A stretch of DNA of 64,000 nucleotides, from assembly GCA_963835455.1 (NCBI GenBank), contig CAWIFT010000003.1, forward strand, positions 949,583 to 1,013,582. Direction: 5' to 3'. Under the pieces are notes generated by a model that worked only from the letters and a program-made list of their open reading frames with translations, was not told where the DNA came from and searched no databases. This stretch comes from an uncultured Actinomycetes bacterium (lineage in GTDB: Bacteria > Actinomycetota > Acidimicrobiia > IMCC26256 > PALSA-610). Position numbers and translations under genes: made by a program. Of the stretch, positions 58,637 through 64,000 are shown in pieces (positions within the stretch are counted from its first letter, which is position 1; each line of letters starts with the position of its first letter).

Positions 58637-61245
58637 AGCCGGAGCAGGCCCCGTGCGCCGGCGTGGGCGACCGCTTCCGCGCGCGATGTCGCGTCGAGCT
58701 TGCGGTAGATGCTCTTGAGGTGCGTCTTCAGCGTGTTCATGGAGATGAACAATTCGTCGGCGATCTCGCGGGCCGTGAGTCGGGTGGGCAGCCAACGCAG
58801 CACGGCGCGTTCACGTTCGCTGAGCGCGTCGACGCCGGGCGACTCCGGCGCGACCGGGTGCGCAGTGCGTTCGATCGCCGCGATGAGCGCGTCGGAGTAG
58901 GGGTCGCCCGCGGTCCGCCGGAGGCGGTCGGTGAGCAAACCGGTGACGACCGGATCTGCGGTGACGACCGTGCGCACGAATCCTTCGCGTCGTGCGATCC
59001 CGAGCACGCGGTCGAGCGCCGCCGTCGGATCCTCGGCCCGATCGACCGCGATCTTCGCCTCGATCAGCGACAGTTCGAGGTCTTGGCGCGGCGTGAGGAT
59101 GCTCGCGCGTACCAGTTCGACCAGTGTCTGCGCGTTCTCCGTGTCCTGGGTGGCGAGCAGGTAGCGGGCACGCGCGAGGTTGCCGCGAGGTGCGTCGGGG
59201 AGCGCCGCGACGATGGACTCCGCCCGGCCGAGATCTCCCGCAACGAGTGCGAACTCGAGGTCGAGCGCGTGGGCCCGGTGAACGAGGGGAGAGCGGGCAC
59301 CGAACGGAAGCACTTCCAACGCCCGTTCGATACCGGCCGAAGCTTGTCTCCATTCGCCCCGCGCGTGCCACACGCCTGCGAGACCCAACAGTGCGATCAC
59401 TGCGATCGGGAGTCGTACCGTTTCTGCGCGCCGAAGCGACCGCTCGAACCGTTGCTCGGCTTCGTCGATCTCCTCGCGCTCCAATTCCAGGAAGGCAAGC
59501 GTGAGTTGGATGTCGACCGCGCCGACGTGGTCCTGCACCCCGGCGCGGGTGGCCCACGCGAGCGCGCTCTCGGCGTATTCGGTCGCCACGCGCAGATTTC
59601 CCGCGCCGCACTCGTTCAGCGCGGCCGCGCCGCGCAGGACGACGAACGACGCCATGTCCGCCCATCCGGGTGCGGCCTCCTCATAGGTGCGTCGGGCGGC
59701 GTCGAAGTCGTCCAACAGATACTGCGAGCGCACCACCAGGAGTGGAACCGCGTCGATCGCCGGGTCGATGCCGCGTGGGATGAGCTCGAGCGCGCGCTGT
59801 GCGCCCGCCAGCGCGGCCTCGGCCTCGCCCCGCAGACTGCTGAGGACCGCATACCCGGCTTCGAGTCTCGCCTCGAAGATCGCATCGACCGGTGGTCCGA
59901 CCGTGGCCGCGTGGCTCGCGCGTTGCAGCCAGAAGGTCGTCGCCTCGATCTTCCCGGCGAGCGCCAGCCCGACGGCGAAGTCGAGGATCCGTTCCCGTTC
60001 CTCCGCGACGACGTCCTCGGGCAGCTCGTCGAGCAACGCCCCGAGGTCGACGCTCGCGGGCGCGAACCACGCCTCGAGCACGTGCGCGTGCAGCATCTCG
60101 AACGCGCGGTCCACGTCGCCGCCGCGCATGAGGTGTTGCATCGCGGGCGCGACCGCACCTTGCGCTTCGTACCAACCCGCGGCCCGCAGGTGCAACGCGA
60201 GCGCGCGGTCGCGGTCCGCGGCGTTCAGTCGTTCGAGCAGAAGATCGCGGAACAGCTGGTGATAGCGATACGCGTGGCGTTCGCCGTCCAGGGGGACGAT
60301 GAACAGGCCGGTGGCCTCGGCGGCGCGCAGGAGGACGCCCGCGTCGGCGCGTCCGCTCAAATGCTCCGCGAGCCCGGCGTCGAAGGTGTCGACGATCGAA
60401 GTCGCCATCAGGAAATCGACGACGTGGTCGTCCTGGCGTTCGAGAACCTCGCCGACCAGGAAGTCGGCGACGTTGCGTTCACTGCCCGCGAACATCCGGA
60501 CGAAGCCCGCGGCGTCGTCACGTCCGCGCAGGGACAGCGCGGCGAGCTGCATTCCCGCCGCCCAACCTTCGGTGCGCGTCGTCAACCGTTCGACGTCGCG
60601 GGCGTCCAGGTCCACGCCGAACGCGTGCAACATCGCTTCGGCCTCGTCCACGCCGAGCCGCAAGTCGGCGTCGCGCAACTCGGCGAGCCGCCGGCTCACC
60701 CGCCAGCGATGCAGCGGCAGCACCGGATCGGAACGGCTGCCGATCACGACCCGGACCTTCTGCGGCAGCCGTTCGAGGAATTCGGCGAGCCCGCGCGTCG
60801 CCGAAGTCGGCACGGAGTGCAGATCGTCGATCACCAACGCCGTCGGCCGGTCGAGCGTGCTCAGGTCGTTGACGATCGATGCAACGACGTCGATGGTCGC
60901 GTCGCCGTCGGTCTCCATCCAGTCGAGCGCGTCCGCCCCGACCTGCGTGTCGATCTGGCGGAGCGCAGTCACGATCGAGGTCCAAAAGCGCGCCGGGTCG
61001 CGATCCCACGAGTCGCACGAGAGCCACGCCGTCGCCCGCTCGGGGTGCGCGCCGATCCACGAGGTCAGCAACACGGTCTTGCCCGCGCCCGCGAAACCCG
61101 TCACGAGGGTCACGGGCGCCCCGGTCGCTTCGAGCCGCTCGACCAGCCCGCGGCGGTCGACCAACGTGCTCGGGAGACGCGGTGGTGTGAACTTCGTGAT
61201 CGGCGGCGAGACCAGCATGGAAGTCGTCACGGTACCCGGACCCAA
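58633..61245 (-). CDS. large ATP-binding LuxR-family (LAL/MalT-like) regulator
   Basis: 870 aa. ITKFTPPRLPSTLVDRRGL, the P-loop GFAGAGKTVLL, TPR-like helical repeats, and a C-terminal LuxR HTH (LSERERAVLRWLPTRLTAREIADELFISMNTLKTHLKSIYRKL) are present. The start may be the internal MLVSPP at 61218. Confidence 0.85.
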   Translation of the reverse strand: MGPGTVTTSMLVSPPITKFTPPRLPSTLVDRRGLVERLEATGAPVTLVTGFAGAGKTVLLTSWIGAHPERATAWLSCDSWDRDPARFWTSIVTALRQIDTQVGADALDWMETDGDATIDVVASIVNDLSTLDRPTALVIDDLHSVPTSATRGLAEFLERLPQKVRVVIGSRSDPVLPLHRWRVSRRLAELRDADLRLGVDEAEAMLHAFGVDLDARDVERLTTRTEGWAAGMQLAALSLRGRDDAAGFVRMFAGSERNVADFLVGEVLERQDDHVVDFLMATSIVDTFDAGLAEHLSGRADAGVLLRAAEATGLFIVPLDGERHAYRYHQLFRDLLLERLNAADRDRALALHLRAAGWYEAQGAVAPAMQHLMRGGDVDRAFEMLHAHVLEAWFAPASVDLGALLDELPEDVVAEERERILDFAVGLALAGKIEATTFWLQRASHAATVGPPVDAIFEARLEAGYAVLSSLRGEAEAALAGAQRALELIPRGIDPAIDAVPLLVVRSQYLLDDFDAARRTYEEAAPGWADMASFVVLRGAAALNECGAGNLRVATEYAESALAWATRAGVQDHVGAVDIQLTLAFLELEREEIDEAEQRFERSLRRAETVRLPIAVIALLGLAGVWHARGEWRQASAGIERALEVLPFGARSPLVHRAHALDLEFALVAGDLGRAESIVAALPDAPRGNLARARYLLATQDTENAQTLVELVRASILTPRQDLELSLIEAKIAVDRAEDPTAALDRVLGIARREGFVRTVVTADPVVTGLLTDRLRRTAGDPYSDALIAAIERTAHPVAPESPGVDALSERERAVLRWLPTRLTAREIADELFISMNTLKTHLKSIYRKLDATSRAEAVAHAGARGLLRL

Positions 61246-61327
61246 TTTCCCACCATCTGTTGGCAGAGTTTTCGGCGGCAGGCGCCGCTTTCGCTGCCAT
61301 CTGTTGGTGGGAATTTCGGCGCGCGCG

Positions 61328-62371
61328 CTATCGCAGTTGCTCGATGAGGACCGACGCGTTGACGTTGGGTTGGGTGCCGCCCATCACTGTCGGAAGGCTG
61401 ACCGCGGCCGCGGACGAGTGGTTGCGCAACCCGAGAACGTCTCCGGCGGCGAGGACGAGGATCGTCTGGCCGTTGTCCTGCTGCGTGCCGGCCCCCGAGC
61501 CGTAGGTGGATTGCGGCATCGGTACGCCGTTGACGGTCAGGGCGAACTGGCTGACCTCGGTCGCGGAGGTGGAGAAGTCGACGAGGTAGGTACCGGCGTC
61601 GGTGACCGAGACGGTCGACGCGCCGGTCGCGTGCGTGAAGCCGGAGATCGGCCCGTTGCTGTCGAAGGTCACCGCACTCTCGATCGCAACCGTCTGCGCG
61701 GCCAGGTTGTAGATGTACGCGAAGTCGGGCGTAGCGACGGGTCCGGCCGGCCCGGTGGGTCCGGTTGTGCCTGCGGGTCCGGTGGGTCCGGTGGGTCCGG
61801 TGGGTCCGATGCTGCCCGCGGATCCGGTGGGTCCGGTGAGTCCGGTGGGTCCCGTTGCGCCGATGCTGCCGGCGGAACCCGTCGCGCCAGGGACTCCGCG
61901 CGGGCCGGTTGCGCCGATGCTCCCGGCGGGACCGGTCGGACCGCGGAGCCCGGTTGTCCCGGCGGCGCCGTTGCTCGACGCCATCCCGACCGCCTGCGAG
62001 CTGAGGGTCTTGCCGCCGAGCGATCCCACGAAGCCGGCGTCGCCGAAGCTGAAGACGGCACCGTCCTTGGCCACCAACCAGTAGCCGTGGCCATCCGAAG
62101 TCGCGACGATTCCCACGATCGGCGCGTTGAGCGCCTTGCCGTGCATCGATCCGTACAGGGTGGCCGTGCCGAACGCATAGACAGTGCCGTCCGCGGTCGC
62201 GACCCAGTAGCCGGTGCCCGAGCCCAGCCGGGCCACCGTGGTGGCCGACGCGAGCCGGGCCGAGAGCGTTGCGCCGACCGTTGCGCTCGGGCTGTTGGCC
62301 GAGAGTCCCACCGTGACGAGAACCATCGCCGCGAGTGCTGTCGTCGCGAAACCGCCGTACCTCTTGAACAT
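61328..62371 (-). CDS. secreted collagen-like protein: 2 'GYW' units, 25 G-X-Y triplets, C-terminal globular (BclA/C1q-like?) domain
   Basis: The ATG at 62371 follows GGAGGAG. The signal peptide is [25 protein letters not shown]. The units are [17 protein letters not shown] and [17 protein letters not shown]. The collagen tract reads [31 protein letters not shown]...GPTGPAGP. The tail ends ...[14 protein letters not shown]...[14 protein letters not shown]...[11 protein letters not shown]. Confidence 0.85.
   Translation of the reverse strand: MFKRYGGFATTALAAMVLVTVGLSANSPSATVGATLSARLASATTVARLGSGTGYWVATADGTVYAFGTATLYGSMHGKALNAPIVGIVATSDGHGYWLVAKDGAVFSFGDAGFVGSLGGKTLSSQAVGMASSNGAAGTTGLRGPTGPAGSIGATGPRGVPGATGSAGSIGATGPTGLTGPTGSAGSIGPTGPTGPTGPAGTTGPTGPAGPVATPDFAYIYNLAAQTVAIESAVTFDSNGPISGFTHATGASTVSVTDAGTYLVDFSTSATEVSQFALTVNGVPMPQSTYGSGAGTQQDNGQTILVLAAGDVLGLRNHSSAAAVSLPTVMGGTQPNVNASVLIEQLR
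61739..61969 (-). repeat. collagen-like G-X-Y triplet tract (25 uninterrupted triplets)
   Basis: I counted the triplets directly from the translation (aa 135-211 of the 347-aa protein). The internal GSIGATGP(T/R)G submotif recurs 3 times. Confidence 0.9.
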
Positions 62372-62537
62372 CGCAAGCTCCTCCGCGACAGGCACCAATT
62401 GGCGCTCCGGCCTTCTCGTCGTCTGATCGTCAATTCCCGACGCGGACATTCGTATCCATGGGCAAGTGTTCGGCGGGCCGTTCGTCACGGCCGCTGCAAC
62501 GATCAGGTGACGGGCCGACGCGGCACAATGAACGGCG

Positions 62538-63047
62538 ATGCTCGAGGTCGTGCTCGTCGAACCGCAGATCGCAACCAACACCGGCAACATCATCCGGTTG
62601 TGCGCGAACGTCGGCGCCGGGCTGCATCTCGTCCGCCCGCTCGGCTTCGACCTCGACGCGGCCGCGTTGCGGCGTGGTGGCCTCGACTACCACGAGCTCA
62701 TCGACACCAAGGTCTGGGACACCTGGGCCGACTGCCGTGCGGCGCTCGGGGCCGAGCGACGATGGTTTGCGACGACGACGCGCGCACCACACCGTCGCTA
62801 CGACGGGATCGACTACCAGGCCGGCGACGTCGTCGTGTTCGGCTGCGAAGCGACCGGTCTGGGTGAGGAGTTGCTCGCCGAGTTTGCCGGCGACCATCGC
62901 CTGCACATACCGATGCGGCCGTCGAACCGCAGCCTGAATCTCGCGAATGCGGTGAGCGTCGTGGCGTACGAAGCCTGGCGCCAACACGGGTTCGTCGACG
63001 CCGCCACCGGAAGCTTCGAGGAATCTCTCCGGCCCGGCCGCAGGTAA
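62538..63047 (+). CDS. trmL: tRNA (cytidine/uridine-2'-O)-methyltransferase TrmL (SPOUT family)
   Basis: 169 aa. [37 protein letters not shown] and [18 protein letters not shown] are present. Confidence 0.85.
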   Translation: MLEVVLVEPQIATNTGNIIRLCANVGAGLHLVRPLGFDLDAAALRRGGLDYHELIDTKVWDTWADCRAALGAERRWFATTTRAPHRRYDGIDYQAGDVVVFGCEATGLGEELLAEFAGDHRLHIPMRPSNRSLNLANAVSVVAYEAWRQHGFVDAATGSFEESLRPGRR

Positions 63048-63060
63048 GCGGCCGCGGAAC

Positions 63061-63969
63061 TCAGCGCGTCGGCGCCGGCCGCGTGCCCGCCGGGTCGCGC
63101 GCGAACCGCTCGGCGTCGCGTGCGTGCACCGGATCGTCGGTCGGCCACGGCCAACCACCGAACTGCGTCGCGCGGTAGTCGGCGAAGGCCTGCTCGATCC
63201 CGGCCTCGTCGTTCATGACGAACGGACCGTGCTGCACGACGCGTTCGCCGATCGGGCGGCCCTGCAGTACCAGCACTTCGGCGCCGTTCGGGCCGGCTGC
63301 GATCCCGACGTTCTCCTCGACGCGAACGCGCACGCCCGTCGCGGCGCTGATGTCGTGTTCACCGATGCGGAGGGAACCCTCGAAGACGTACAGCACGCGC
63401 ACGGTGTCGGGTCCGGCCGCGGGCGGAAGCGTCCACTGCGCGTCGGCCTCCATCTCGACGTGCCAGATCGCGAGGTCGGATTCCGGGCGTGACGCCCACG
63501 AGTCCGGCGGCGGAGGCGGTGGGCGCAATCCCGCGAGTTCGCCCGCGATCACCGTGACCTGCGTGGTGCGACCGTTCTCGCCCGAGATGCGGTGGCGGGG
63601 GAGATCCTCGTTCCACAACATCGTGAAGTACGGCTCGACCATCTTGTCGGCCGCGGGCAGGTTCAACCAGATCTGGAACAGCTCGAGCGGATTCGGCTCG
63701 TCGCGCTCGACCAGCGGGAACATCTCGCAGTGCACGATGCCTTTGCCCGCGGTGAGCCACTGCACGTCGCCCCGACCGAACCGCGCGGTCGCGCCGAGCG
63801 AGTCGGAGTGGTCGATGAGTCCGCGCCGAACGAAGGTGACGGTCTCGAAGCCGCGGTGCGGGTGTTGCGGGAAACCGGGAACGGACGTGCCGTGATACAT
63901 ACGCCAACCGTCGCGTCCGTCGAAATCCATGCCGAGATCCCGCCCCGCGAGTGACGTGTCCGGTCCCAT
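63061..63969 (-). CDS. pirin family protein
   Basis: 302 aa. GFPQHPHRGFETVTFVRRGLIDHSDSLG and VQWLTAGKGIVHCEMF are present. Confidence 0.9.
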   Translation of the reverse strand: MGPDTSLAGRDLGMDFDGRDGWRMYHGTSVPGFPQHPHRGFETVTFVRRGLIDHSDSLGATARFGRGDVQWLTAGKGIVHCEMFPLVERDEPNPLELFQIWLNLPAADKMVEPYFTMLWNEDLPRHRISGENGRTTQVTVIAGELAGLRPPPPPPDSWASRPESDLAIWHVEMEADAQWTLPPAAGPDTVRVLYVFEGSLRIGEHDISAATGVRVRVEENVGIAAGPNGAEVLVLQGRPIGERVVQHGPFVMNDEAGIEQAFADYRATQFGGWPWPTDDPVHARDAERFARDPAGTRPAPTR

Positions 63970-64000
63970 GACGTCGTTGCCGGCCGGATAGTTGTCGACG

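Overview
This is a high-G+C, actinobacterial-type chromosomal segment. A hand count gives 46/60 G+C at 7201-7260. It carries about 60 protein-coding genes on both strands, with frequent GTG starts, ATGA/4-nt coupled overlaps and at least one apparently leaderless gene. I recognised no rRNA, tRNA, CRISPR array, transposase, integrase or phage genes.

Most of the content is housekeeping or accessory metabolism:
- an ATP-dependent DNA ligase and an aldo/keto reductase
- a three-subunit molybdo-flavoenzyme of the xanthine dehydrogenase/CoxMSL family
- a WS/DGAT acyltransferase
- a translationally coupled aminotransferase and C-N hydrolase pair
- an LLM oxidoreductase and a D-aminoacylase
- a glycine riboswitch followed by gcvP
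- a thiolase/DUF35 pair and an acyl-CoA dehydrogenase
- an ArsR-SRPBCC-DHFR-like trio
- a LipJ-like hydrolase-cyclase
- two MarR units, two GT-C-type membrane glycosyltransferases, and trmL and pirin
- a 4-gene ABC exporter flanked by two large LuxR/LAL regulators

The most unusual signal is a family of four secreted proteins at 28427-31528, 31671-33032, 49221-50420 and 61328-62371. They share a ~41-aa 'GYW' repeat (..PIVGIAxTPxGxGYWLVAxDGGVFSFGDAxFxGS..) that I cannot assign to a named family.
- Three members carry exactly six units, fused to 8 FN3 domains, to an M23 peptidase, or to an unknown N-terminal domain.
- The fourth has only two units, followed by 25 collagen G-X-Y triplets and a globular head. 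A collagen trimer would therefore supply six units.

Other points worth a second look:
- Four genes (gcvP, two glycosyltransferases, one LAL regulator) are each split by a single-nucleotide frameshift.
- A MarR gene sits in frame behind a small gene, separated only by a TAG, with no canonical start codon.
- A histone-H1-like Lys/Ala/Pro-rich protein carries a (DHDGH)n tract encoded by 15-bp tandem repeats.
- Several AT-rich palindromic operators overlap promoters.
- A lower-G+C islet lies at about 38.4-42 kb.

All functional calls rest on reading the translated ORFs and on motifs recalled from memory. No database search was run.
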